Part shown: positions 35,966 to 47,884 of the stretch, piece by piece
How positions within the stretch are numbered: the stretch's first letter is position 1
Layout of the letters: every line of letters begins with the position of its first letter
Source: Rhizodiscina lignyota
Taxonomy: Eukaryota
Assembly (NCBI GenBank): GCA_010015805.1
Contig: ML978130.1
Span: forward strand, 992,001-1,056,000
DNA: 64,000 bases
Reading direction: 5' to 3'
Made by a program: the position numbers and the translations under genes
The notes under the pieces: model-generated
The model's input: the letters and a program-made list of their open reading frames with translations, nothing else
The model's database searches: none
Told to the model about the DNA's origin: nothing

Positions 35966-37185
35966 TTTCCTAGATGCAGAATTCGCTTGAAATGCTAAGA
36001 GCGTGAGGAACGAACAACTGCAGAAACTAGCCTTATATCCTCACCTGTGGCAACTAGAGTATTGGATAGTTCTCAAGCACCGTCTCTAGCCGCTTGATAT
36101 GTAAAATAAAGCTAATCTTCTAGCGGAGACATAACGCTCGAGATCTGCCGTAAGTCTGATAGTGCCATAGCTCCTTAAGGTAGTCTTAGCGTTTTCGAGA
36201 CATTAGCAAGGGTGATCTTCGAGTGTCGTGCAGCAGGAGCCTAGCTCTAATCGGATGGACGGAGTGCTACTCGGCGAACCTTTGGAAGCTCTCAGGGTTT
36301 CTCAGAAGACATTCCAGGTTAAGACTAGACCAAAGCCATGCTTCTTGCGAGATATCATGATGCTTTGGAAGCAGGTACAAGCCCTCTCCTGCGCTGACGA
36401 GACGGCATCGGTTCCGCGGAACGAGTGCTGAGTGGCTCGGAGTGCATGAATTCCAAGGCAGAACTAAACGTGACTGAAAAGGGGTGAGAGTCACATGAAC
36501 AGCTCGCACTTTCTCGTATCCATGATCTCTGGCACACTGACTTGACGGGAGGGAAAAATGGCCGCGAAGAGAGAGCCAATTAAATTTGCTGCGTACGTAC
36601 ATCCTCCGAAGTTGAACCGAACGTTAGAGTAGGCTTTAACCGTTTTGGGAATGATTTTCAAAGGAGAAGTGGCTGCATACGGAATATATTAATTATTCTT
36701 CTCGTCTATACCGTATTAGCACTATCTCTCACCAGACTCGTTACTATGGCGATATCGGCTTTACTTAACCTCCTCTCACCGTCTTACATACAACACGGAG
36801 AGACCGGAACTCGGAAAACTCTTCAAATTATTCGCTTCTGTTCGCCCTTTTCTTGTCTTCAAATTGTCTCTATTGTATTTAAAACCAGTATCCAGGCCAC
36901 TGTGAGAACTATATGCACCAATGATCGTTCGTATCCTATAGCTCAATAGTCTACTTTACTGACTAAGGTCATCGCGTTCCACACATAATTGTTAAGTGCA
37001 TCAGCAGCCCCAACCAGGTTACAAACATCCAATTCTGTATATCCGGATGCTCCTCATTGCGCTGGCAGAATGACCTGCATATTTCAGCGGAATTTTGACA
37101 ACAACAGATTCTTAACAAAGACTATGAAATTCCCCCAAACTTTGAAGTAGACTTCTTGACTGCTAGTGAATCCGTATGGTTGTAG

Positions 37186-37220
37186 GCGTGCGCGCGCGCG
37201 CACACACACACACACGCACA
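37186..37220. repeat. Compound (GC)n(CA)n microsatellite
   Basis: gcgtgcgcgcgcgcgcacacacacacacacgcaca: about 35 nt of alternating purine-pyrimidine. Confidence 0.85.
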
Positions 37221-37678
37221 GATTATTTATTTGAATGCTGCAAACTACCAAATGGGAGTAAGAAGCCATAAATCAAGGAATAATGGTAAATGGATGCCAT
37301 AATGAGGACAAGCAAACGCCAAGGAGGATAAAGGTGATCGTGAGGACGACGCTGCTGAGAGGGAGCCAGACAATGAGGAAAGTCCAGGATCGCCTTCGAG
37401 ACCAGGACGCCGAACGACGAAGAAAGCCGATGATCATGCTTCGAGGGTTCAGAAGCCAAAAGAGAAATACGTGAAAGATGGAGGTAGCTCTCTCTCACAC
37501 ACAGAGTATAACACGTCACGAACGACACATTGCTGATGGCCTCCAGAGCTACATCCACAGTGCCGCCAACCACGCATCAAGAATCCAGACAGGACAAACG
37601 ATATCTACTGCCAAGTGCACTACGTGAGTTACCGCGCTCAGTTCGGAATGTGAGGATAAGGTGCTGATGTTGTAACAG

Positions 37679-37924
37679 GACAGGCGTCAGGAGGAAGCGA
37701 AAGAGCAGAAGGCTGCGAAAGAAGAAAAGAAGCTGAAGGAGATGAAGAAGGAGTCTGCAAAGAGCAACAAGAAGACACGGCAGAAGGGTAAGCGGACCAT
37801 AAAACCTGAGTACACGGAGAACAGGACCAACAAGGAAGACGACGAGATTGAAGAAGAGAAGGAGGGCAAGAAGCGCACTAGGTCGCCAACGGAGAAGCAC
37901 CAGAAGCGGGCTCGCGGGAACTAA
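37679..37924 (+). other. Possible terminal exon of a Lys/Glu-rich hypothetical or decayed gene
   Basis: The branch/acceptor-like gctgatgttgtaacag precedes RQEEAKEQKAAKEEKKLKEMKK...RARGN*. Charged coding-like sequence lies upstream (~37300-37620) but gives no clean model. Confidence 0.3.
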
Positions 37925-38126
37925 AGATGCGCAGCCTTCCGAAGCGGTAGGGAACTCAGTCGGACATATCAGGATATCTTTGTAAAAAGGTGAATTTGAT
38001 TTGCTTCCAGGCTCTTGAAAAACAGGTTACATCAGAGAACATATTTTACCCATAATCGTCTAAACCGTAACCAACCCTGTCCCAAAAATAGCCGTCGCCC
38101 GTAAAACTCCAGCCAGACTAATAGAC

Positions 38127-40086
38127 TCAACCCCAAAGACTCCAATGTCCGGAAAGCGGCGAACTCATTGTGTAACTCCATGCCTCTTCGCCATCGATGA
38201 AAAGCCGGTAATGCAGCATGCTCTGATCGCTGGCGCGCGGAGACGTGATCTCGATTGCACCGAACTTCGAGTTGCCATCAGGTAAGTACCTATGCGACGC
38301 GGATAGTTAGCACAAATTCTCAAGAGACATGAATTTTGAGGAAGCGCTTTTCGAAGACTGTTGGAGATTCGCTCACTTGATGGTTATATCCTCCCCGTCC
38401 GTCTGCTGGTAAGTCCGAATTGGTAGGTAAAACATATTCAATGGACTTGCACTGAACTCAACTACTTCTTTTCGACCTTTCTCTTCCCCTTCTGGAGGTG
38501 GAAATCTGGTCGCTGCGAACTCATGCCGATCGCCACTGAGCACTATCACGCCTGTGCCTCTTGTAGTAGCATCCCACATAGCTTCGAGCACGATTTGGCG
38601 TTCTTCAAGAAAAGCGCCCCAGGTGTCATTTCCGCTGTAGTGCCAGTTCTTCGTGAATGGGACGGAAGAAATGACAAATTTCCACCGCACCCCTCGCGGG
38701 GTGGGAGCGCGCAGCCACGTGAGAAAGTCTGCGAGCTGTGCGGCACCTAGCATCGTTTTGCCATGTGCAGGGTCGTTATTGTGAGAGCGATATTTCCGAG
38801 CATCAAGCATGAAGAACGATGCGGGGCCTTGAATGAAGCTGAAATATGTCTGATCTTGACGATGTGTAGGTGGATTAACGGAGGCATGATAAAGCTGGAA
38901 CGCGTCGGATGCCGCTGGATACACGCCACTCGTACCATTGTCCCAATCATTGGCAATCTCGTGGTCATCATAAACATGGATCCACGGTAGTTCCTTGGCA
39001 GCTGCTGGCCAGTCTGGCGAGCTATACTGCCGCCTGTACTCACGGCGGTATGTATCAATGTCGGATCCGAAGCGGTGCGGAACATCGATATAAATGAAGT
39101 CGCCAAGGAACACCATAAAAGAAGCCTTCAAATGTGGTATCTGACGGGCAAGATCCCGTAACCCAAACATGGAGAGTGGATGCGACCAAGGAACGTACGG
39201 CACGCGGACCTTCATGCAGCTGCTGTGCAAAAAGGTGAACTTGCCACCATCTCGTTTGGGCAATTTTCCAACAGGTGGCGCAGTTCTGAAGAAGCCAGTT
39301 TGATTATTCGTGAAGGCGTACTGGTAGCGCACATCGGCTTGAAGACCAGTCAGAGTGATATGGTAGGTGTAGTCGGTATCGTTGGAAAGCGCAGATATGG
39401 TCCCTGCATGTTTCCATGTAGAATCAATCTCTCCGGATGTATCGTCACTGGCTTGTTCCGCCTCTCGATAGGACAGACGGATTGGTAGCTCGTTAGATTG
39501 AGGCTCGCGGACCAGGAGGCTGGCTGTTGAAGATGAGACATAGCCGACGCGAGCAAAGGAGAGATCATCGACCTGGTAGAACCATTGGGGTGTGAATATG
39601 TAGTCAGTTACCATCAGGATCAGCATGATATTGATAGCTGCCGTGAGGAAGGTCCACAAGGTAGATGAGGGGCTCGGTAGGCCAAACAACAATGTCTGCA
39701 GTATTTGAGGATCTTTTTTCTCAACCACAATCGTCTCCTCAACGTCTAGCTCTTCCAGAACCCCATCCTCTGCGCCTTCTATTAGATCAACATTGCCATT
39801 TGTCTCGGTCTCTTCTGGCTCTTTGACGATAATATCGACCTCATCTGAAAGAACGTCGTAAGGTGTGGATCGGAGGAATATCTGGAGGAACGAGACAAGC
39901 CATATTGCGAATCCGGTGTATGCGACGGGTGGCGCATGCTAATAAAGTAGAGTCAGCAGTTTGGCAAGCTTAGGATGTAGTTAGAGATGTGCTTGCATGA
40001 CCTGGGATCCATCGCAGGAAAACATACGCGCTCAGTCTCAGCGCGGTAGAGCTCAGGGCCGTTATCACATCTGCTGGAGTGACCAT
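38127..40086 (-). CDS. PhoD-like alkaline phosphatase family membrane protein
   Basis: FLGDFIYID, HVYDDHEI, FFMLDARKYR, LSGDRHE. First intron 39996..39939 (GC-AG), last intron ~38376..38290. Confidence 0.92.
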
Positions 40087-40343
40087 TCTGACTGCTCTGC
40101 AGCTTCTCAAAGGGTCATGAAGGGAAATGATAAAGATATAGGTCCATATGGGGTATTGTTTGCGGATTGGAAGCTCCCTCGTTGCTGAGAGACGTGGACA
40201 GCTCCGAGGAATGACCAATGACGCAATGTGCTCTGGCCACGCCCCCTGAACCTTAAATTTTAATTCCCAACCTTAAAAATCTCCGAACTTGGCGATGTCC
40301 CTCATCAAATGCTCAACTCTCACCAATCTCTGTTTAAGTCGTC

Positions 40344-41039
40344 TTATGATGTTGCAATGGCTGTTTCCGTGATGCCCGCATCTTCCGGGACCGGTGCTGC
40401 TGTGGCAGCAGCATCACCTGCCCTTTTGTCTAATGGCATCTTCTTAATTCGGTCTTCAACAATGCTTCCCAAGTCCCAATTCATGCCCTCTGTTCCTAAC
40501 GAATAGCAAGCTAATTCTGCTCCGGTGGGGAGTCGATGCTCCGCCTCCAGCTTGAAGCCCAACCTCTCCGCCAACGCCCGACTCGCTTGGTTCCACGACC
40601 GCGTAAAGCACAAGTACTGCTGCTGGTTGAATTCATTTCGACAATAGTCCAGCAGCGCTTGACATGACTCTGTTGCATACCCTTTTCCTTGATATGCATC
40701 CAGAAAGGCATATCCTATGTCAGGTGCTGGTGCATTTGGTTCCCTGACCATGGTGACTGTGCCAATGGGCTTTGGTTCTGGCAAAGACGGATCCGCAAGT
40801 GGCTTCAGCCAGACGATATAATTGCCGTATCCCCATTTCTCGTATATGTCTGTCCACCGACGCTGCAGAAACGCTCGGATCGTGTCAATGTTGGTCGTAC
40901 TTGTCAAGCCATCTAGGTTTTTGATGAATGTAGGCTGCTGGTTCAGCTCGACGTATAGTTGACAGTGAATGTCGTTCTTTGGATTGGCGAGTTCAATACC
41001 GAGCCTTGGTGTCTCAAAGGTGTAACCCTCCGTTGCCAT
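40344..41039 (-). CDS. GNAT N-acetyltransferase (RimJ/RimL type)
   Basis: FETPRL, PDIGYAF, YQGKGYATE, NQASRALAERLGF. Confidence 0.88.
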   Translation of the reverse strand: MATEGYTFETPRLGIELANPKNDIHCQLYVELNQQPTFIKNLDGLTSTTNIDTIRAFLQRRWTDIYEKWGYGNYIVWLKPLADPSLPEPKPIGTVTMVREPNAPAPDIGYAFLDAYQGKGYATESCQALLDYCRNEFNQQQYLCFTRSWNQASRALAERLGFKLEAEHRLPTGAELACYSLGTEGMNWDLGSIVEDRIKKMPLDKRAGDAAATAAPVPEDAGITETAIATS

Positions 41040-41860
41040 TGTGGGCTTCAGAAAGGTCGAAATGAGACAAGATGAGATGATGCGTGTGGCAATATCGTAG
41101 CTAATTGTTCGATAGAGGATAGTTTAGTTTTGCATCATGAGCGAAAGTACTTTGATTATTTTGTAGAACGACGATGCTCAACGCGACTTAGATATCCTCT
41201 TAGCGGGATAACACGGCGGAGTACGATATCAGCGACGCCCTCTTTCGTAGCAGTCACTTTTTTCCGCACGGAGGTTCCTGCAGTAAGCGTAAAGTGGTCG
41301 AAATCAATACGATGAAAGTCAGCATCACCTTCCCACTCGAGGATAGCGATTCCACACACTTGCCGACAGCGGCATTGCCGTGATCGTTATCGTCGTCGGC
41401 GATGGCTCGGCAGGAGATTGTCGCTACCGAAATCCCGAATGAATGACAAAGACCACTCCCCTGAACGTCTAAATCTCTCGGCGACTTTGACATTGATGCT
41501 CTCCGGACATTGATACCTACTACTCTTTCAGTACTCTTCTCGCACGGCCATTATGGTAAACTGCGATGGCCACCCTGAGCTGAGGCTACGCATGCATCGA
41601 AAGGGAGCAGCGGGGAGCACGATGCTGAGTAACCTACGGCTGAAGCAATCAAGATGCCTCACAAGCTCCCTTGAGTTTCGGGGTCTCTGTCAGCGACCTG
41701 AATTCCCTACAGTATCCATTTCCTTTTTCATCTGAACGTTTCCCCAAATTCAATCAGAAAGCAGGCATATATAGTCTATCCATTTGAATCTCTCATTCTC
41801 ATTCTGCTCCATAATTCAGAGTCAAACACTGCAAGCAAGACTTTCAATCTTAACCTTACA

Positions 41861-42904
41861 ATGAAGAATCTTCTCGCCTACTACGATCCCAACTTCACGA
41901 CCAAGCTCGAGGACGCCCCCGTCCCAGAGCACGGCGCTGACGAAGTTCTCATCAAGGTCGTCGCCGCTGGCTCAAACCCCAAGGATTGGAAACATCCCAT
42001 GCCAAACTACTTTAACAACAAGCTCAACCAAGGGGATGATGTTGGTGGGATCGTCGAAGCTGTCGGCTCCAAGGTAAAGAACTTCCACAAAGGAGATCGT
42101 GTCGCTGGATTCCACGAGATGGACACTCCCCGCGGCGCATATGCAGAGTACACGGTGTGCCCTGAGAACACCGTCTTTCACATCCCAGAGAGCATGAGCT
42201 TTGAGGAAGCTTCCACAATGCCGCTTGCCATCTTCACGGCGGCAGTGGGCCTATATCGCAATCTGAATCTTCCAATGCCGTTCGGCCGCTCAGACGACCA
42301 CTCGCCACAAGAGAAGACGCCACTTATTGTCAATGCAGCATCCAGTGCTGTCGGAGCATTTGCTGTTAAGCTAGCCAAGCTTAACCCGATCATTTCACCC
42401 GTCATCGGCATTGCTGGTGGCTCTGCGGCGTACGCGAAGGAGGTAGGCTGTGACATCGTGGTCGACTATCGCACCGACAATGTAGCCGATCAGCTGAAGC
42501 AAGCGCTCGGCGGTAAAAAGTGCCGCCACATTTTCGACGCGTCAAACTCGATCACGAGCGTCAACTATCTCATCCCCGTGTTAGAAAGGGATGGTATCTA
42601 TACGTCGACGACGGGCCTGAAGGTCAACGGTCAGGACGAAGCCCTGCAAAAGGCAGGCGTGTGGCACGAACAGATTTGGGTTGGGAGTGTTCACGAGTCG
42701 AAGCTGGCGGGCGGGAAGATGTTTGGCGCGGTAATGAGTCAGGTGTTTGAGTGGGCGATAGAGGAGGGAAGGTTGAATGGTCATCCGTATGAGACTGTGG
42801 AGGGCGGATTGGATGGAGTCTATGCAGCTTTAGTAAAGCTGAGGGATCGAAAGGGTGGGAATGCGAAGTTCGTCACGCGCATTGCGGATACTAAGGGTCT
42901 TTGA
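41861..42904 (+). CDS. MDR-family NADPH enoyl/quinone reductase (ToxD/LovC-like, Zn-independent)
   Basis: VLIKVVAAGSNPKDWK, GDDVGGIVEAVG, GAYAEY, ASSAVGAFAVKLAK. Intronless. Confidence 0.9.
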   Translation: MKNLLAYYDPNFTTKLEDAPVPEHGADEVLIKVVAAGSNPKDWKHPMPNYFNNKLNQGDDVGGIVEAVGSKVKNFHKGDRVAGFHEMDTPRGAYAEYTVCPENTVFHIPESMSFEEASTMPLAIFTAAVGLYRNLNLPMPFGRSDDHSPQEKTPLIVNAASSAVGAFAVKLAKLNPIISPVIGIAGGSAAYAKEVGCDIVVDYRTDNVADQLKQALGGKKCRHIFDASNSITSVNYLIPVLERDGIYTSTTGLKVNGQDEALQKAGVWHEQIWVGSVHESKLAGGKMFGAVMSQVFEWAIEEGRLNGHPYETVEGGLDGVYAALVKLRDRKGGNAKFVTRIADTKGL

Positions 42905-43561
42905 ACGTACCGAACGAGGCTATCGTGTTGATGAATGTAACGGCTTTACACAAATTGGAAATGATTTGAACTCTTGAAATCTTATGAGGTTTCTACAGCT
43001 GCCTCATTGCAAAAGTTTATACTATAAGCGGCGAATACAGAAGCTAGAGTAGCAACCTATCAGGGCTTCTTAACAAGGATTTTTGAGGCTGATCGTTCCA
43101 AGCAAGGTCCGGCAGCCCCTTTCTATCTAGGGTATATCGCGACAAGCCACCTAAGTCTTGATGTCGCACACTAAAATCCAACATGGAGGCGTTTAGAGTG
43201 CGCCAATTGCGAAAGACTTTACGCATATCAAGTCTTTTGGATTTCCCCGCAGCGGGGATTTTGGAAATACAATCTCTAGGCCGATTTATTTCCGTATTTA
43301 CGATACAGCTCAAATGCCATCTCTCTCGGATATAGGTGCCGTCTGCGGGCTAGTCCATTTAGCTTCACAGGCCCGAGGTTCGTGACTTTCAGTATTTGGT
43401 GGATCGTCAACCTCCACTCTTGCATAACGTATATCAAGTGACACATTAAGTTACAATGGTATGTATATTCTATCGAAAAGAAATGATATTTACTCACTTA
43501 TACAGCAGCTGCATACTGTATATAGCCGACAACGGCTATCCTTCATCGTTACTCATTCAAA

Positions 43562-44986
43562 ATGGCTGCTGTCAAACAGCTAGCGCCCACAAGCTGTAAC
43601 GACAACTTCGAATACGCGGAACGAACTCCGTCAAGTGTCCCAGTTATGAATTTACCAAGCAGTACCGTGGGACCACCTCCGGATGGTGGATGGGTCGCAT
43701 GGTCTCAAGTTCTCGGCGGTCATCTTGTGGTCTTCCTCTGCTGGGGATACATCAATACGTTTGGCCTCTTTCAGACGTATTACACGACAGAGAGCTCAAT
43801 AAGCGCTTCAACTTCCGACGTAGCCTGGATTGGGTCCATGTTGATATTCCTCCTCATGTTCATCGGTGTATGGTCCGGTTCAGCATCAGACTCTGGATAT
43901 TTCCGCCTTACCACCCTGCTCGGCAGTTTCATGTTTGTGTTCGGCGTGTTCATGACAAGTATCTGCACGAAGTTCTGGCAACTTATACTTGCCCATGGCA
44001 TATGCACAGGTTTGGGCAATGGCTTGCTTTTCGTTCCGACGATATCCGTGGTCGCGACATATTTCTCTCCAAGGAGAAAGAGCCTAGCAATCGGGACAGC
44101 CCTTACCGGTACTTCTGTGGGCGGACTGATCATTCCAGTAATGTTCAACAATCTATTACCGAAGATTGGATTTGGATGGTCAATGAGGGCGTTTGGACTC
44201 CTCGCTCTTGTCCTTTCTGCGATTTCGCAATGCCTGCTACGACAAAGACTACCCCCAAAACAGGCGAAGAGAATCCTGGAGTTCGAAGCGTTGAGGGATG
44301 GTCTATTCGTTTTGTTCGTTATCGGGGCATTCATGAACTTCTTAGGACTGTACTTCGCCCTGACCTTTGTTGGAGCTTACGCAAGGAACGTTCTTGGCCT
44401 GAGTTTCTCCCGGTCGATCAATGTATTGCTGGTGATAAATGGCACTGGTGTTCCCGGCCGGCTGATCCTGATGTGGCTTGCCGACCAACGACAAATAAGG
44501 GGCATTCGGCCAGTAACAGTATATATACCCGTGAGCTTGGTGACAAGCCTTCTCTTCTTCGTTTGGATTGGAGTACATGACCTCAGAGGCTTGTACATTT
44601 TCGCTGCTTTCTATGGCTTCTTCGGCGGCGGATTGCAGTCGCTATACAATGCATCGCTTACAGACATGGCTTTGGACCCGACCAAGATAGGTGCTCAAGT
44701 CGGCTGGGGCTTTACCATTGACAGCTTCTCCATGCTGATCGGCAATCCAATCGCTGGCGTATTGGTTCAGGCGGATAATGGCCGCTACTTATACGCGCAG
44801 CTATTCGCCGGCGCTTGCACTATGGCCGGCTTTATCATCACTTGTATTGTGGTCTGGTTTCGATCCCGCCAGGAGCGGAAATTGGTTGACGAGCCTTCAG
44901 AGATGCGGTCGGAAATGGTCGATGTCGATGTCGATGTCGATGTCGAGCGTACAGAAGATGTAGCTCCTCGAATTGCTGTGGCATGA
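43562..44986 (+). CDS. MFS monocarboxylate-transporter family (Mch-like)
   Basis: PPDGGWVAWSQV, WGYINTFGLFQTYY, VAWIGS; about 12 TM segments. Confidence 0.92.
   Translation: MAAVKQLAPTSCNDNFEYAERTPSSVPVMNLPSSTVGPPPDGGWVAWSQVLGGHLVVFLCWGYINTFGLFQTYYTTESSISASTSDVAWIGSMLIFLLMFIGVWSGSASDSGYFRLTTLLGSFMFVFGVFMTSICTKFWQLILAHGICTGLGNGLLFVPTISVVATYFSPRRKSLAIGTALTGTSVGGLIIPVMFNNLLPKIGFGWSMRAFGLLALVLSAISQCLLRQRLPPKQAKRILEFEALRDGLFVLFVIGAFMNFLGLYFALTFVGAYARNVLGLSFSRSINVLLVINGTGVPGRLILMWLADQRQIRGIRPVTVYIPVSLVTSLLFFVWIGVHDLRGLYIFAAFYGFFGGGLQSLYNASLTDMALDPTKIGAQVGWGFTIDSFSMLIGNPIAGVLVQADNGRYLYAQLFAGACTMAGFIITCIVVWFRSRQERKLVDEPSEMRSEMVDVDVDVDVERTEDVAPRIAVA
44918..44946 (+). repeat. In-frame (GTCGAT)n hexamer repeat encoding VDVDVDVDVE
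   Basis: Nearly five copies in the transporter C-terminal tail. Confidence 0.85.
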
Positions 44987-45671
44987 AACAACTAAGAATA
45001 TGCCAATTAAATTCTTATTCAGAGACAACATACCACAATCAAGATAACGGCACCCTAACCTTGTCGGGAACATAGCCTATGGATATCCGGCTCATGGCAA
45101 TTGTCCCCGGCATGAAGACTACCTCTGATTGTCTGGAATTCGGCCCTCACCGTATCGCGATCTGTTCAATGGAGAATATATTCGGCTTGAACCTGCTCGG
45201 ATCCGCACGGATCCGCAGTACCGCAGTTGCGGTTGCGAGGATGGTTTCTACACTCTACTGAGCCATCCGAGAATAACTTCTTGTATTATGCCACTAAACT
45301 GGCAATGCTCATCATACTGAATACATTGTCGCGAAATTGTTTGAGCAGTCCCGCGTGGATTCTTCATTTGCTCCATATCTCCTTCAAATAACAAGATTTC
45401 TGCGGTGAAATCTTGTGTCACTCCATCGGACGAGACGACATTCAAGACCCCCTTCGCAATCGGCATTATGACATCTGGAATAATACCAAGTCATGATACC
45501 ACCTTTTCCGAACCCTCTGAGAAAGAACCTCGATCGGTCTAATGATGGCAATCTCGATCTTGATATGAAGAATCGGTGCCCGGACGGGATGAATGTGCAG
45601 ATTTTGGCAAGGTAGATCCAAACTCATCAACCGCGAGGCTTTGGTTTTGGATTTGACGCTCTAACCTTCGC

Positions 45672-47884
45672 TCAGAAACACCCTTCCATCAATGCATCGC
45701 CGAATTCGTGCAGTAAGTCTTTCATGACGATAGCAGCAGATATCGAACCGGATATTGTCGTCCCTAGCGCAGAGAGCCAAGCGAGAAGCGGCTGGATTGT
45801 GACAAATTCAGCCGCACTGGAAGCATTGCTCCGAAGGGCAAATCGTATTCCTTTAACTAAAGTGGCGACAACAAGAGAGGTGTTGGCGTGAAGTTGGCCT
45901 AATAACAGCTCACTTGTGAGGTTGAAAAGCTGGACTTCTTCTACCAATCGTGCGACTCTGGTCAAGGTCGCCATTGCTTCCGTGGCATACGAATCTCTCT
46001 TGCTGAAGGTTTCGAGATTCTTTGCAGTCGGACCCGATGGACTGGCAGCAATTGCATCCAAAGTCTCAACGAAGGAGAGAACACCGAAGCTCCAGAATGC
46101 CAGAAAGAGTGCTGATACTGTCAGCGAGTCACTCTCATTTCAAAGAATGTCAACCATACCTGAGGACGCTTGGGTGGTGCCAGAAAGGTCAGAGCATTGA
46201 ATTTCAAGTGTTTCCAGCCACTTTCTACAAGTTGGAATTGTCCACTCAATGAAACTGGAGCAGCGTTGAATTGAAGTCTCCAATCGTGATTCGTTCAATC
46301 TTGTGGCCCCAAAACTCTCCTTTGAAGCAGTCTTGACTCTGAGAACAAGCCGAAGAAGCTGAAAGAAGCTTTCTGATCCGTGTTCGCATCCACCCGGAGC
46401 ATCCCCAATTACACTGGCGTTCAGTAATTGTGGTTCGGGATCTAGCATTGAGTTAGAAGGAGCATTGATATAGGCAATGAAACTGAGCCAAGCGCTCATA
46501 TATAACATATACCTTCGTCGTAATGAGTGGCATCTGGAAGGAAGCAAGGACGTTCCCCAACGGAAGAAGCTACAGTGTCTCTTATGTATCCGTACCATTG
46601 AAACACTGAGACGGCAGTTTCTAGCAATGTTCCATAGATCGAATGACTTGGCAGCTGCTTGCAGTACCTCTGCACAAAACCCGCCAACACCTGCATCTCT
46701 TGTAATGCGCGATCCAAGAGACCATTCGGAGTGGTGTCCTCAGATAATTTCTTCTCCATCTCAGTCGGAACAGTCACCATGTGGAAAAGCAATACAGAGT
46801 ATATGTACCGGAATGAGCGTGTTTTGTGACATCTGATAAGGAAATGGTGTGCTCTGTTCCAGGTATCACAATATCTCTCTTCGCCGTCCGACGGTGGTAT
46901 CCACTGCATTGAAAATGCCTGAACAACAGCAAGTACCATCTCTTCCTGTGCATTCTGCTCCTTTTTGGTAAGATGGTTGCCATAGAGATTGCCAAAGTTG
47001 TCCAGAAATCTCGCAATACCGATAAGCGTGAGCTGTGCGGTAGATTCGTCAGAGGCCAATGGAGGGGATTGAGAAGCGGAAAAGCCACTATCAACGTTGC
47101 AATTCCAAATAGTACGTTCGATCTGATCGCTTGAATGGTGACTCTTGGTTTCGCTGGGACTGCTAGGTTTTGAGTAGTTTTGATGGTCGACAAGCGAGTA
47201 CGGGCGGGATTTTGCATATGTGTTGCAAGACTGAGAAAGAAACCGAGATGCACATTCACCGAAAACTGCCTTGTATACTTGATTCAATCTGTCGCCAAGC
47301 ACTTGCGTCATGAAGGCAGAGTTCAGCAGGCCGATCGGGCTGTTCGGTGCGACCCGTGGAACCTCTTGTTCGTACACAGCGATGGCTGAAGAAAGCATCT
47401 CGCCAAAGGAGACGGTCCCACTATCTTCGCTACTTGATGGCGTATCTTGATATGTGATAGGCGAATTGGTAGGATGCTGGTTCCACGCAAGCAACAGGTC
47501 GGCTAGATCTGGAAAGGCCACAGGAAGGAGTTCGAGAAGTTGATTGTCTCGGTCACGTAAGGATGCAGAATGGTCCGTAGTGAGGACTTCTGAAGATCTT
47601 GTCACATCTTGATCCAACCTATCCAACCATGAGATCGCGAACCGATCTTGAATACTCGAATGAGGATCCGGAGCATCGTGAATATTCGGCTCCAGGGAGT
47701 CGTTTTCGGCGAGTATCTTGCGTTTTTCTCCCGCCCGGGCGGTGACAAATTCAAAAGTACATCTTCGCCCAAGATGGTAGCAGTGTCGACACGTCTTTGA
47801 GCCCTCTAGCAGCATGCATCGTCGCTTTGAGCGCCGACAAGAATCGCAGCTCGAGTTCTGGCGTCGTGTGACGTTCAAATTCAT
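45672..47884 (-). CDS. Zn2Cys6 transcription factor, AlcR-like
   Basis: RRQNSSCDSCRRSKRRC...CRHC...CTF resembles the AlcR N-terminus (from memory). Introns 46512..46442 and a 48-nt GTATGG...CTGAC..TATCAG intron spanning 46140 join the three ORFs. Confidence 0.85.

Noticed and set aside
46112..46159. Apparent in-frame TGA (46140-46142) in the AlcR-like TF, suggesting a pseudogene or readthrough
   Set aside because: It lies inside a canonical 48-nt GTATGG...CTGAC...CAG intron whose removal keeps the frame.
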